Source of the DNA: Chitinophagaceae bacterium
GTDB lineage: Bacteria > Bacteroidota > Bacteroidia > Chitinophagales > Chitinophagaceae
DNA length: 64,000 bases
Direction of reading: 5' to 3'
Assembly: GCA_965246855.1 (NCBI GenBank)
Contig: CBDFFP010000008.1
Location: 1,756-65,755, forward strand
Positions 34,506 through 44,559 of the stretch are shown here, piece by piece. The stretch's first letter is position 1; the number at the start of each line of letters is the position of its first letter. The notes beneath the pieces were generated by a model. It worked only from the letters and a program-made list of their open reading frames with translations. It was not told the origin of the DNA and did not search any database. A program made the position numbers and the translations under genes.

Positions 34506-35069
34506 CTAGCGATGAATTTCGCGTCCGTTGGCAGCGCGCCATTCGTTCTCAAAGTAGTCGGCGTCTTCAGCGTTGCGGGGTTTTACGCCCATTACGATGT
34601 GACCTTCCTTCACGCCGCTTTCATACACTTTAGCGCGGTCTTCAGGAATGCCTGCGCCTACGAGGCCACCAAGAAGGCCGCCTGTCAATCCGCCTGCACC
34701 TGCACCGGCAAGAGCGCCTGCCAGCGGGCCAGCTACTACAAGGCCGAGACCTGGCAGCAAGAGGTTGGTTCCCAGCGCAGCAACTGCGCCTACGATAGCA
34801 CCCAGTGTTCCGCCGATGGCAGAGCCGGTTCCGGCTTTTTCCATAGCCTTGTTGCCCAGTTCAGTTTCTACATGGCCATCTGTGTTAACGAAGTGGCGGT
34901 CGCGGGCTTCGTCGCTCATCACCACGTTGATGTCGTCAGCGGCATAGCCACGGGAAGTGAGGGAGCTGTAAGCGCGTTCAGCGCTTGTGCGGTCTGCAAA
35001 CATACCCGTCATGTGGCTGTCGGGATTGTAGGACGTTTGTGTGGTTGTGGTTTGGTGTGTGGTTTCCAT
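34506..35069 (-). CDS. general-stress-protein-like (YflT/GSP17M-like ends) with a central Gly-zipper hydrophobic segment
   Basis: MFADRTSAERAYSSLTSRGYAADDINVV at the N-terminus. GxxxG-rich AIGGTLGAIVGAVAALG...GLLGGLVGAGIP in the centre. DRAKVYESGVKEGHIVMGV at the C-terminus. Confidence 0.5.
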   Translation of the reverse strand: METTHQTTTTQTSYNPDSHMTGMFADRTSAERAYSSLTSRGYAADDINVVMSDEARDRHFVNTDGHVETELGNKAMEKAGTGSAIGGTLGAIVGAVAALGTNLLLPGLGLVVAGPLAGALAGAGAGGLTGGLLGGLVGAGIPEDRAKVYESGVKEGHIVMGVKPRNAEDADYFENEWRAANGREIHR

Positions 35070-35450
35070 GATGGGAGAAATTGGGGGTGAATAAAAAAAG
35101 ATGGTTCGGTTTTCCTCCTTAAAATGATTGTGCCAGCTTTAGCGGTCGGGGTGAAAAATCTTTCCACAGAACAGAAGAATGATGTTCACAAAGAGTGATT
35201 GCCATCTACCCCTTCTCCGGGCGGGAGGGTTTTCGCGCTAGGGATAGGAGCGGATATCCTTTTTGCTGCGTGGGCCTTTTTGTGCGGTGGGGCAAAAAGA
35301 TAGCAGCGGATAGCCCGGGCCGAAGGCAGCGCCCGGATCATAGGTCATAAGCCATGGGTCATGCGACTCTGTGATAAATCCTAAAGAAGCTCCACAAAAA
35401 AGCGCCGCCCGAAAACAGACGACGCTTTGTTACAAAAGACTTTCTTTTAT

Positions 35451-36422
35451 CTACATCCGGTGCCGCTTGTTAAAGCGCGGGCTAACGACCAGTTCTTTGG
35501 AGCCGGGTGTGTATTTGTAAAAACCTTCGCCGCTTTTTACGCCCAGGTAGCCTGCCTGCACCATGTTGGCCAGCAGGGTTGCGGGTGCGTATTTCGTAGC
35601 GCCAAAGCCCATGTGAAGGACGTGCATGATGTTGTAGCAAGTGTCCAGTCCAATGAAATCAGCAAGCTGCAACGGCCCCATCGGGTGGGCCATGCCGAGG
35701 CGCATAATGGTGTCGATTTCTTCCACACCGGCCACGCCTTCCTGCAAAGCCGTAATGGCTTCGTTAATCATCGGCATTAGGATGCGGTTGGAGATAAAGC
35801 CTGGGTAATCAGCAACCACAGCAGGCTCTTTGCCGAGGAAAAGGCTCAATTCGTGTACCGTCTGCGTTACGGCTTCTTCGGTAGCATAGCCGTTGATGAT
35901 TTCCACCAGCTTCATCACCGGAACGGGATTGAAGAAGTGCATCCCGATGATTTTTCCGGGGCGCGATGTGTAAGAGCCGATACGAGTAATGGAGATGGAA
36001 GACGTGTTGGTGGCCAGAATGGTATGCTCCGGGCAAAGCTTGTCCAACTGCTGAAAGATTTTTACTTTCAGGTCAATGTTTTCCGTTGCCGCTTCAATCA
36101 CAAGGTCGGCATCCTGTACAGCTTCCGCTGTGTCGGTGAAGGTTTTGATGCGGCCCATGGCGGCGACTTTGTCGTCTTCCGAAAGCGCATTTTTGGCAAT
36201 CTGCCGGTCCATGTTTTTGCCGATGGTGGCCAGTGCTTTGTCAAGCGCAAGCTGGTTAATGTCCATCAGGTGAACGTCAAAACCTTTCTGGGCGAAGAGG
36301 TGACAAATGCCATTCCCCATCGTGCCGGAGCCGATGATGGTTACGGTTTTGATGGAAGAAGACGGAGTCGTGTTTTCCTGAGTTTCCGGCGCGGTCATGG
36401 TGTCGGCGGTGTTTTGAGCCAT
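35451..36422 (-). CDS. hbd: 3-hydroxybutyryl-CoA / 3-hydroxyacyl-CoA dehydrogenase
   Basis: VTIIGSGTMGNGICH (NAD fold), ATNTSSISIT, HFFNPVPVMKLVE, PGFISNRILMPMINEA. Confidence 0.9.
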   Translation of the reverse strand: MAQNTADTMTAPETQENTTPSSSIKTVTIIGSGTMGNGICHLFAQKGFDVHLMDINQLALDKALATIGKNMDRQIAKNALSEDDKVAAMGRIKTFTDTAEAVQDADLVIEAATENIDLKVKIFQQLDKLCPEHTILATNTSSISITRIGSYTSRPGKIIGMHFFNPVPVMKLVEIINGYATEEAVTQTVHELSLFLGKEPAVVADYPGFISNRILMPMINEAITALQEGVAGVEEIDTIMRLGMAHPMGPLQLADFIGLDTCYNIMHVLHMGFGATKYAPATLLANMVQAGYLGVKSGEGFYKYTPGSKELVVSPRFNKRHRM

Positions 36423-36612
36423 TTTGTGGGGGAAAAGAATGAAGTTTTGAAAGGGCTTCAAAGATAAGCGACGGGCTTTAGGGTTTGGCTTCTTCTAAAC
36501 CCATAAGCTTCCTGAAACCTTATGGGTTTCGCCGTGTTCTCTATGGCAATCCGAAAGGCTTCCCGGCGCGGTTTTAGCTTTGTCGGAAACGCTTCTCCGG
36601 CTTTCTCTTTCC

Positions 36613-39276
36613 ATGTCTTCGCCGCTTCCCGATGTGCCCCTTAAAAGGCTGCTTCCGCTTATTGTTCTGTTCCTGATTCTGCCGGTGGCGGCGATGGGCT
36701 ATTATGTGCTGCTTTTGCTCAACGCCTATTTCGGCGTGTTGCAGTCGGGAGCTGGGATTCTCAGCGAGGTGCGGGTAAATATGAGCGCCCTGATGCAAAC
36801 CGTTGCCTTCGGTGGCGGGATGGTGGTGGCGGCGACTTTCTACAGCTTCCGGTTTCGGTTTTTGCTGCCTGCGGCGCTGCTGTTTTTCGGATTGTACGCG
36901 GCCTATGGACTCGTGCAGCATTTCGCCATCGGGGAATTTGACGGCTTCTTCCTCTCTGTGGCTTTTCTGACCTATGGTGTCTTGTTTGCGCTGGGATGGA
37001 TCGTGGGTTGGGGCTTTGTGCGCTGGCGTTATTGGCACATGCTCGTCGCCGCGCTTTTCCTGTTAGCAGGCATTCTCACCGTCGTTCATTTCTCCGAAAA
37101 AACCTACGAAAACCTTGTACGGCAGGCACTGCCCCTGACGCTCGCGGCGGTGTACCTCGTCTTCATAGGCGAGCAGATTTACCGGAAGGAAGAAAGCGGC
37201 GCGGCGTTGTGGAAAGGTGCGCTTCGGCGGCTGGCTGTTTTCGTGCTTTTGCTGGGCGGCCTTTCGCTGGCAGCCATAGCAATTTTCCGGCCCAAAATCA
37301 CCCAGACGATTGCGAAGATCACGGGCGAGAATGGGAAGGGCGAAAAGGAGAAAGGCATGGTGAAAGAAGACAAAAGCGGCGCGATGAGCCTGAAAAATTC
37401 CATGACCCCGCAAGCTGGTTTTAAGCGTAGCAAGGAACTGGTTTTTGCCGCCCACATCAACAACTTTTTCCCCGGAACCAAATTCCCCAATCCGCTGTAC
37501 CTCACCTCTTTTTACTACAGCAAGTTTGACTCGGAAACAGAGACATTTGAGCGCGACAGCCTTCTTCCCGAAAGCGATTTGTTCCAGCCGGATTTGAATA
37601 ATGTCCCGCTTTTCCGCACCCTTACCGACAGCGTCATTTATCGCCGCCAAAAGCGCCACGAGCTGATGAAGGATGTGGAGATTGAGGTGTATAGCAAACG
37701 GTTGAGTAAAAGCAATTTTCTGGCGCCGCACATTGGTTATTGGGTGCAGCCCATCACGGTGGAAGAGGATTTTAAGGACGAGTTTTCCTTTGCCTACCGT
37801 TCTCACAGTCTCAGCAGCGAGCTGAACTCCGCCTATTTTGTCTATAACGTCAATGCGGAAAAGAACCCGGAAATCGCGCAGTTTCAGGAAGACCGTTTTA
37901 CCACTTTGCGGAAGGAAAAGAAAGTGCCGATAGCCGACAATTTCCGGCGCTACTACACCACCGTTCCTGCCGACCCCAAATGGAACCAAATCCGGGATTT
38001 GGCGCAGCAGTTGAGCGCCGGAAAGAAAACCACGATTGACAAAGTGCTGACCATCCGTGATTTCTTCACGGCCAAAGACGCCGCCGGAAATCCCACGTTC
38101 CAATACTCCGACAACCCCGGCATTCCTGATATTCCATCTGCTTCTCGGCTCTCGTATTTCCTTTTTGAAAACCGCAAAGGCTATTGCGCGTATTACGCCG
38201 GAGCCACGCTTTTTCTCTTGCGCTTTATGGGCATTCCCAGCCGAATTGCTGTAGGCTATCTCACGGTGGACCGGAGCGGCGGGAAGAACGAAGGCTGGTA
38301 TTGGTACTACGCCGACCAAGCCCATGCCTGGGTGCAGGTCTATTTTCCGGGCTATGGCTGGCTGGACTTTGACACCACCGTAGGCAATAGCGAAGCGCAG
38401 GAAAGTCCGCAACCCGACGGTACGCCGCCGATGCAGCCGCCCAAAGCCATTCTGGCGATTGATGGACTTGTGGAAAGCGTGGATACCGCGACGGGCGTTA
38501 TTTCCCTACGAACCACCGGCCTTACGTACAAAGACCAGCCGCTGACCGTAACCGCAAACCTATCCGCGCTGCTGAACGGCAAGGCCGCATCTATCCGGCA
38601 AGACACGCTGCGACGAATGCTGCGCGACATCCACAAAGACGATACACTGACCGGCGTAGCCTACCGCGATATTTTCAAGGTGGAAAAGCCGCAGAATGCC
38701 ACTGCTTTTTTGGCGAAAGCGCCGCGTCCACTGCCGGTGGATGAGCTTTACCTGAAGCCGAAAGTTTCCACCAAGAACATTCCTCAAAATCCCAAGACCG
38801 CTCCGGCGATTGCGAGCAACAAAGTGTGGTGGATCGTGGGCGGCGCGCTGCTTCTGCTTTCCTTGATTGCGCTTTGGCTGGCCGTTCCGCGCTTGCTGTT
38901 GCGCTACCTGAAAAAGAAGATTTCCACTGCTACCGATGACCGCCAAAAAGTGTATTGGGCGGCGCGCGCAGCGCGCTACCGGCTGGGGTTGCAGGGCTTG
39001 GAAAAGAGTGGCTCTTTTGAGGATTTCTCCACGCACGCTGACGCCGCTTTGAACGCTCATGTGTTCCGCGATTTCAACTGCGTGTACCAGAAAGTACGCT
39101 TCTCGCCGCGCCCGCTTTCGGAAGCGGAAAATGCGGTGGTGGAAGGTTTTTATCCAGCAGTGGAAGCGGCTGTGAAACAGCAATTCACGCCTAAGCAAAT
39201 CCGCCTTGCATTGCTACAGCCGGGTAGAGCAGTGGCTGTTTTTCAGGGGCAAAAGCCAGAAACGAAGCGCCAATAG
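36613..39276 (+). CDS. transglutaminase-like domain membrane protein
   Basis: Multiple N-terminal TM helices. Transglutaminase core GYCAYYAGATLFLLRFMGIPSRIAVGY...AHAWVQVYFPGYGWLDFDTT (Cys-His-Asp pattern). Confidence 0.8.
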   Translation: MSSPLPDVPLKRLLPLIVLFLILPVAAMGYYVLLLLNAYFGVLQSGAGILSEVRVNMSALMQTVAFGGGMVVAATFYSFRFRFLLPAALLFFGLYAAYGLVQHFAIGEFDGFFLSVAFLTYGVLFALGWIVGWGFVRWRYWHMLVAALFLLAGILTVVHFSEKTYENLVRQALPLTLAAVYLVFIGEQIYRKEESGAALWKGALRRLAVFVLLLGGLSLAAIAIFRPKITQTIAKITGENGKGEKEKGMVKEDKSGAMSLKNSMTPQAGFKRSKELVFAAHINNFFPGTKFPNPLYLTSFYYSKFDSETETFERDSLLPESDLFQPDLNNVPLFRTLTDSVIYRRQKRHELMKDVEIEVYSKRLSKSNFLAPHIGYWVQPITVEEDFKDEFSFAYRSHSLSSELNSAYFVYNVNAEKNPEIAQFQEDRFTTLRKEKKVPIADNFRRYYTTVPADPKWNQIRDLAQQLSAGKKTTIDKVLTIRDFFTAKDAAGNPTFQYSDNPGIPDIPSASRLSYFLFENRKGYCAYYAGATLFLLRFMGIPSRIAVGYLTVDRSGGKNEGWYWYYADQAHAWVQVYFPGYGWLDFDTTVGNSEAQESPQPDGTPPMQPPKAILAIDGLVESVDTATGVISLRTTGLTYKDQPLTVTANLSALLNGKAASIRQDTLRRMLRDIHKDDTLTGVAYRDIFKVEKPQNATAFLAKAPRPLPVDELYLKPKVSTKNIPQNPKTAPAIASNKVWWIVGGALLLLSLIALWLAVPRLLLRYLKKKISTATDDRQKVYWAARAARYRLGLQGLEKSGSFEDFSTHADAALNAHVFRDFNCVYQKVRFSPRPLSEAENAVVEGFYPAVEAAVKQQFTPKQIRLALLQPGRAVAVFQGQKPETKRQ

Positions 39277-39296
39277 ATTATGACCCATGACTCACG

Positions 39297-39947
39297 TCAC
39301 GTTCCGGGCTTCACCAGCGCCGCCGCCGCGCTTTGCTGCGACTGATAGCGGTAATAATTGTTGGTTTCCAGTTCCCGCACGACGGCTTCAATATCACGGT
39401 CTCGGTCTGCCGGGTCGTATTCCCGCTTCAAATTATTGTTAAACAGCAGGGCCACCGATTGAAACACAAACGCACTAAATCCGCCCTTGAACTCCTTGAT
39501 AATATGGAAACACGGACGGCCTGTTTGCCGTGAAATAAGTTTTACTAAAATCTGCCCTTCGCTAATCGTGAAATTGCTCAGTTCGCCTTTAAAACGTTTG
39601 TTCAGTCGCGCCTCCAGGTCTTTCAGATACGCTTTGCGTACCTTCTTGTCATCGCCGATTTGAACCAGCTTTTCATCCACACCTTTCAGGAGTTCGCCCG
39701 CCGTCACGGCATAAGGATAGACCTTGTAAACCCGCTGTTTCAAGCGGTTCCATTCCATTCGCTGCTTCGCCAGGTGGTGCGGCATTTTTGCCCATACTTC
39801 CACCTCGTTCAAGTACATGGATGGAATCGTATCTCGACCCACAATTTCTCCTCCCACCAAGATTGTATTTCCGCCTTCTTTTTCCTGCGCAAAAGCGCCC
39901 GCCCCATTAAGCAGTAGCACTAAAAAGAAGGGAATGATTTTTGGCAC
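39297..39947 (-). CDS. DUF4294-like secreted protein
   Basis: LNEVEVWAKMPHHLAKQRMEWNRLKQRVYKVYPYA...ISRQTGRPCFHIIKEFKGG. A likely GTG start (MPKIIPFFLVLLLNGAGAFAQ) gives a signal peptide. Confidence 0.65.
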   Translation of the reverse strand: MPKIIPFFLVLLLNGAGAFAQEKEGGNTILVGGEIVGRDTIPSMYLNEVEVWAKMPHHLAKQRMEWNRLKQRVYKVYPYAVTAGELLKGVDEKLVQIGDDKKVRKAYLKDLEARLNKRFKGELSNFTISEGQILVKLISRQTGRPCFHIIKEFKGGFSAFVFQSVALLFNNNLKREYDPADRDRDIEAVVRELETNNYYRYQSQQSAAAALVKPGT

Positions 39948-40024
39948 AGAGACGACGTAGGACTCTTCTAAGTTAAAGCCGTTTAGTGGAAAAAGTAACC
40001 TTCTTGAAAACGCTAATTTTGTCC

Positions 40025-40258
40025 ATGGATTTTTTTGAGAGAAAAGCACTGACTCTGCTGGTGCTGGCAATCGTTTTGACTGCTGCGTCGTGTCAAAAAG
40101 AAAAAACCAACTTCACTGATAGCGAACTTCGCCATCGCTCCGATTCTGTGGTGCAGGAAAATACCGAGCTGCTGCGCAAACAGTTTGACGAAGACCTAGA
40201 CCGCCGCCTGAGCATTGAAGTGCGCCCGCTGGCGGATTCTTTCCTGAAGAAGAAATAG
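40025..40258 (+). CDS. small lipoprotein, hypothetical
   Basis: MDFFERKALTLLVLAIVLTAASC lipobox. Confidence 0.45.
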   Translation: MDFFERKALTLLVLAIVLTAASCQKEKTNFTDSELRHRSDSVVQENTELLRKQFDEDLDRRLSIEVRPLADSFLKKK

Positions 40259-40293
40259 GAATGTTGCGGCGCAGTTTTTAAACACTTCTCAAC

Positions 40294-40749
40294 GTGAAAC
40301 AGGCGATTATTCTCTACGACGGCTACTGCAATCTCTGCGCCAAAACGGTGCACTACATCCTGCGCCACGACCGCAAAAAACGATTCCGGTTTTCGCCGCT
40401 GCAATCGCCCTTTGGGGCTACCGTTCAGGGCCGCCTAAAAGCGCGCTACGGTGCGGTTCCCGACAGTGTAGTGCTCGTTTTAGACAACAAGGTTTATGTC
40501 CGCTCCGACGCTATTCTGCGCATTGCTGCTATCATTGGTGGCGTGTGGTATCTCTTAATGCCGCTGTGGATTTTGCCGCGCAAAGTGCGCAATGCGCTTT
40601 ATGACCTTTTTGCCCGCAAACGCTACCGTTGGTTCGGACAGCGTGAGACGTGTTATTTGCCGCGGGCAAACGGCAGCACTTCCCGCTTCCTTACCCAAGA
40701 GGAAGATGTTCCGCAACTGCGCGCGGCCCCGCAGAGCGCCGACTTTTAA
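40294..40749 (+). CDS. thiol-disulfide oxidoreductase DCC family (DUF393) protein
   Basis: ILYDGYCNLCAKTVHYILRHDRKKRFRFSPLQS (CxxC). Confidence 0.8.
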   Translation: MKQAIILYDGYCNLCAKTVHYILRHDRKKRFRFSPLQSPFGATVQGRLKARYGAVPDSVVLVLDNKVYVRSDAILRIAAIIGGVWYLLMPLWILPRKVRNALYDLFARKRYRWFGQRETCYLPRANGSTSRFLTQEEDVPQLRAAPQSADF

Positions 40750-40866
40750 GGACTAAAAGTCGGCTTTAAAGAAGGAAACGGTATTTTTGGGAACTTCCGG
40801 CACTGTCAAACCGGACACGTTTCTCTCCTCAAAACAAAGCCTTCATCCGCAGCGTTTATCCTTTAA

Positions 40867-42330
40867 ATGAAAAGCATTCTCCGGCTCCTTTCTGCTTGTC
40901 TTCTCTGCCTCGCAACCGCATTTCCAACGGCTGCACAACAGGTACAGTATTCCCCTTACAGTGATTTTAGCATTAAGGACGGCAACATGGCCGTGGTGGG
41001 CAAAACCGGCGGGCGCATCTATACTTTCCGGGGCGATGCCGAAGGCTATTTCTTAGATGCATGGAACGATTCCATGCAACTCGCCGCAACGGTGATTCTG
41101 GACTTTCTGCCCCAGAAAATTTACGATAACTATTTCGCCGTTTCCGGCGATTCCATCACGATGCTGTACCAATACCTGCAAGGCCGGGATTTGTTTCTCT
41201 ACGGCGCGGTGATGGATAAAGAAGGAAGGCTCCTGCGACGCCCCTTGAAACTGGACCAGAAACGCACCGGTTTTCTCGGCGTCGGCGATAACGAGTACTA
41301 CACCTTCGCGGCCTCTGACGACAAGCGCTGCTTTGTGGCCTATACTCTCACTGACGACTCGCGGGAAATGGAAGTGAAAGCCGTAGTTTGCCAGAACGAC
41401 CTTTCGGCTATCCGGCGCATCAACAGCACCGTGAAGCGGGACGGTAACCTGCTGGCCGGACGACCGGCGCTCACCAACAACCGCGACTTTGTTATTCCCG
41501 TGCGGCAGGCTACCGGTCGGCGCGATGCTTACGACGCGCTCTTGCTTGTTCGCTTCTCCGATTCCCTTAAAGGATTCAGCGCCACTTCGGTTCCGTTGGA
41601 AAATGTTTTTGTAGAAGAGCCTTTCATCCGCACCGCGCCGCAAGACGGAAATCTCTACCTCGCCGCCTTTTATGATTCCAATAAAAGCGGCAATCCTGAC
41701 GGGATTCTCTACGCGGGTTTTGACGGAAAAACCTTTAGCGAAATTCGCCGATTGAAAGTGCCTTTTGACGACCGGCTGCGCGCCATGACGGGCGAGCGCT
41801 CGCTGCGCCATGCCTTCGCCAATCAGCACATGCGGCAGTTGATTATCCGCAACGACGGCGGCTTTGTGGCGATTTCTGAGGAAAGCTATGTGAACCTGCG
41901 CAACAACTATTCGCCCGGCTGGGGCTACTATAGCATGTATGGCCCGTTCATGGGCGGACAGCAGGTGCGCGAGTATTACTTCAACGATATTCTGGCGCTT
42001 TCGGTGGACAGCGCGGGCGCGATGCAATGGCCTTCGTTTATCCGCAAAGAGCAGTATTCGCAGGAAGACGGCGGACTTTTTTCTTCCTATTCCTTTGTGA
42101 ATACCGGCAGCAATCTGGGCTTTCTGTTCAACAATTTCAACCGGCAGCGCAGCAGCATCAGTCTTGTGGAAATGGAAGACGACGGAAAGCAGCAATCCCG
42201 CAGTTTTGACATTGAAGGCGAAACCACGCCCGACTGGATTCCGCGCATGGCGAAGCAAGTGAGCGCAAGCGAAGTGGTGGTTCCATGCCTTTTGCGGAAG
42301 AAGATTTGCTTTGCGAAGGTTGTTTTTTAA
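40867..42330 (+). CDS. hypothetical secreted protein
   Basis: Signal peptide MKSILRLLSACLLCLATAFPTAAQ. 487 aa with beta-rich composition and no motif I recognise. Confidence 0.6.
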   Translation: MKSILRLLSACLLCLATAFPTAAQQVQYSPYSDFSIKDGNMAVVGKTGGRIYTFRGDAEGYFLDAWNDSMQLAATVILDFLPQKIYDNYFAVSGDSITMLYQYLQGRDLFLYGAVMDKEGRLLRRPLKLDQKRTGFLGVGDNEYYTFAASDDKRCFVAYTLTDDSREMEVKAVVCQNDLSAIRRINSTVKRDGNLLAGRPALTNNRDFVIPVRQATGRRDAYDALLLVRFSDSLKGFSATSVPLENVFVEEPFIRTAPQDGNLYLAAFYDSNKSGNPDGILYAGFDGKTFSEIRRLKVPFDDRLRAMTGERSLRHAFANQHMRQLIIRNDGGFVAISEESYVNLRNNYSPGWGYYSMYGPFMGGQQVREYYFNDILALSVDSAGAMQWPSFIRKEQYSQEDGGLFSSYSFVNTGSNLGFLFNNFNRQRSSISLVEMEDDGKQQSRSFDIEGETTPDWIPRMAKQVSASEVVVPCLLRKKICFAKVVF

Positions 42331-42386
42331 AGATTTATCTCCTCAAAAGGGTTATGAAAGGGAGGACGCTTCTTCTCAAAAACCTT

Positions 42387-42560
42387 CTGCCCGATCATTG
42401 GGCAGCACTGCCCGACGACAAAAAAGCACTGCCCATCAATCGGGCAGTGCTGCCCATCCATCGGGCAGTGCTGCCCGACGACAAAAAAGTACTGCCCAAT
42501 CATCGGGCAGCACTGCCCAATCATCCGGCAGCACTGCCCAATGATCGGGCAGTGCTGCCG
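42387..42560. repeat. tandem array E: eight 21-bp units, each ctgccc-N9-(g/a)gcag(c/t)(a/g)
   Basis: Successive 21-mers: ctgcccgatcattgggcagca / ctgcccgacgacaaaaaagca / ctgcccatcaatcgggcagtg / ctgcccatccatcgggcagtg / ctgcccgacgacaaaaaagta / ctgcccaatcatcgggcagca / ctgcccaatcatccggcagca / ctgcccaatgatcgggcagtg. Confidence 0.9.
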
Positions 42561-42797
42561 GAAGACTAAAACAGCGGAAAAATGCTTTGGAAGGGCCTTC
42601 GGGAGCAGAAAAACAGGAGACAGGATTGACAAACAGGATTGTATGCGTTTATAAAATTTATCTTTATCTGAAAAAATCAGGCGTGAATCGGTCTATAGTC
42701 CTCATCTTTTGGCCCCCCAAAAGGGCCTTGCCGGACGCAATCCGCTAAAGCCCACCTTTGCGCCGGTTTTTCTCTTCCCTTCTTTCTGTAAAAGCGC

Positions 42798-43784
42798 GTG
42801 CTTCATCTCGTCCGAAACAATACGCCCTATGCCGTTTTCACGCTGTTGATTCTGGCGATTGTTATTACCGCTATTCCGACGACTCCGGTGGCGCCTGTGG
42901 CCTTGCCGCCCGTCTCGCAGCCGCTGTATTATCTCTTTATTCGCGGGGGGGGAATCCTTACCGGAAATCATTCGTGGGCGTGGCAGATGCTCTACCTGGT
43001 GCTGCTTTTTTCGCAGGCGCTCTACGTTCATCTTATCACGCTTCGCCACCGGCTCTTGCCAAATGTGACCTTCACACCAGCATTTGCCTTCCTCATTTTT
43101 GCGGCGCTTTCCCCCCAGCTCAAAACCATTAGTCCGCCGCTTCTCGCCAATTTCTTTGTTCTCGGCGCGCTGGATGCGATGCTGCAATTTGGGAAACCCA
43201 CGCAGCCCCGCCGCCTCATTTTCAACGCCGGTTTTCTGATTGGAACGGCAGCCTTCGTGCAGTTTTCTTATCTGTTTATGGGCGGAATGCTGCTGATGGC
43301 GTTGCTGCTTTTGCGACCTTTTCATCCCGGCGAATATTTCTCGGCGTTGCTCGGGCTTATCACACCGCTGTATTTCATGGCGGGCATCATGTTCCTCACC
43401 GATGCGCTGCTGATGCTGCGGTCCTGGCCACTTTTACACATTCAATCGCCGCCGTGGGCAGCTGCACAGAAGGGTGTTTTTATCGCGATTTATGCCGGAG
43501 CCGGACTGCTTTTGCTGGCCGGTTTGTGGCAACTGAACTTGCAAATGAATCGCAGTGCGATTTATGTGCGGCGCAGTTGGGGCGTGGTCGTGAGCGGCTT
43601 ATTGGTCTCTATTGCAACGGCGGTTTTCACCGCTACACGCGGCACACAAAGCTGGCTGGCGATAGCGCCGTTTTACGCATGGGTTGTCTCTGCTGCTTTG
43701 GAAGCCGAAAAGCCCCGTCGCTTTGCTATTTTCGCATTCTGGGTAGCCTTGGCGCTGCCTTTTGTGGGCAAGTTTTTCCTTTAA
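42798..43784 (+). CDS. multi-pass integral membrane protein, hypothetical
   Basis: About eight hydrophobic helices with a GTG start. Ends at 43784, shortly before the proposed purQ start at 43807. Confidence 0.55.
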   Translation: MLHLVRNNTPYAVFTLLILAIVITAIPTTPVAPVALPPVSQPLYYLFIRGGGILTGNHSWAWQMLYLVLLFSQALYVHLITLRHRLLPNVTFTPAFAFLIFAALSPQLKTISPPLLANFFVLGALDAMLQFGKPTQPRRLIFNAGFLIGTAAFVQFSYLFMGGMLLMALLLLRPFHPGEYFSALLGLITPLYFMAGIMFLTDALLMLRSWPLLHIQSPPWAAAQKGVFIAIYAGAGLLLLAGLWQLNLQMNRSAIYVRRSWGVVVSGLLVSIATAVFTATRGTQSWLAIAPFYAWVVSAALEAEKPRRFAIFAFWVALALPFVGKFFL

Positions 43785-43806
43785 AATTCTCAACCTTTTT
43801 ATTCCC

Positions 43807-44502
43807 TTGAAATTCGGAATCGTTGTCTTTCCCGGCTCCAACTGCGACCGCGATATGATGCACGCTTTGCAGGATGATTTGCAACAGGACGTGCAGATGC
43901 TCTGGCACAAAGACAATGACCTTTCGGTTTTTTCACCGGAGCGCGACTGCATTGTTTTGCCCGGCGGCTTTTCCTACGGCGACTACTTGCGGTGCGGCGC
44001 ACTGGCGCGTTTTTCCCCCATGATGGAAGCGGTGATAGGTTTTGCGAAAGAAGGCGGTAAAGTGCTGGGCGTGTGCAATGGCTTCCAGATTTTGTGTGAA
44101 AGCGGATTGCTTCCGGGCGTGCTGCTGCAAAACGACCACCAGAAATTTGTGTGCAAAAACGTCTTTCTCAAAAGCGCCGAGAAGGAAAGCCTTATCGGAA
44201 TGCGGGTGGGGGAGCGGGTCTTGAAAATTCCGGTGGCGCACGGTGAAGGCCGCTATCATGCTGACGCGGAGACGATGCAGAAACTGGAGGAAAACAATCA
44301 GATTCTCTTCCGTTATTGTAACGAAGCGGGCGAGATTCATCTGGATTCCAACCCCAACGGCGCAACAGCGAATATTGCGGGCATCTGCAACGAAGGCCGT
44401 AATGTTTTCGGGATGATGCCCCACCCGGAACGCGCTACCAGCGAGACGCTTGGCAACACGGATGGCCGACTCATTTTGAGCGCGCTGAATATGTGGAATT
44501 GA
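43807..44502 (+). CDS. purQ: phosphoribosylformylglycinamidine synthase subunit PurQ (glutaminase)
   Basis: [50 protein letters not shown] start at 43807. Confidence 0.9.
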   Translation: MKFGIVVFPGSNCDRDMMHALQDDLQQDVQMLWHKDNDLSVFSPERDCIVLPGGFSYGDYLRCGALARFSPMMEAVIGFAKEGGKVLGVCNGFQILCESGLLPGVLLQNDHQKFVCKNVFLKSAEKESLIGMRVGERVLKIPVAHGEGRYHADAETMQKLEENNQILFRYCNEAGEIHLDSNPNGATANIAGICNEGRNVFGMMPHPERATSETLGNTDGRLILSALNMWN

Positions 44503-44559
44503 GTGGTTGAAGTCTTTGCTTTCTTTTCTTTAAAAAAAATTTCCCCCAGCTTTTTCCCG

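Noticed and set aside
42387-42560. Whether the short palindromic repeat arrays (E, G, C) could be CRISPR arrays
   Set aside because: The period is only 21 bp, with no unique spacers of 25-40 nt between repeats. There are no cas genes in the window. The variable parts fall into a few recurring classes rather than being unique.
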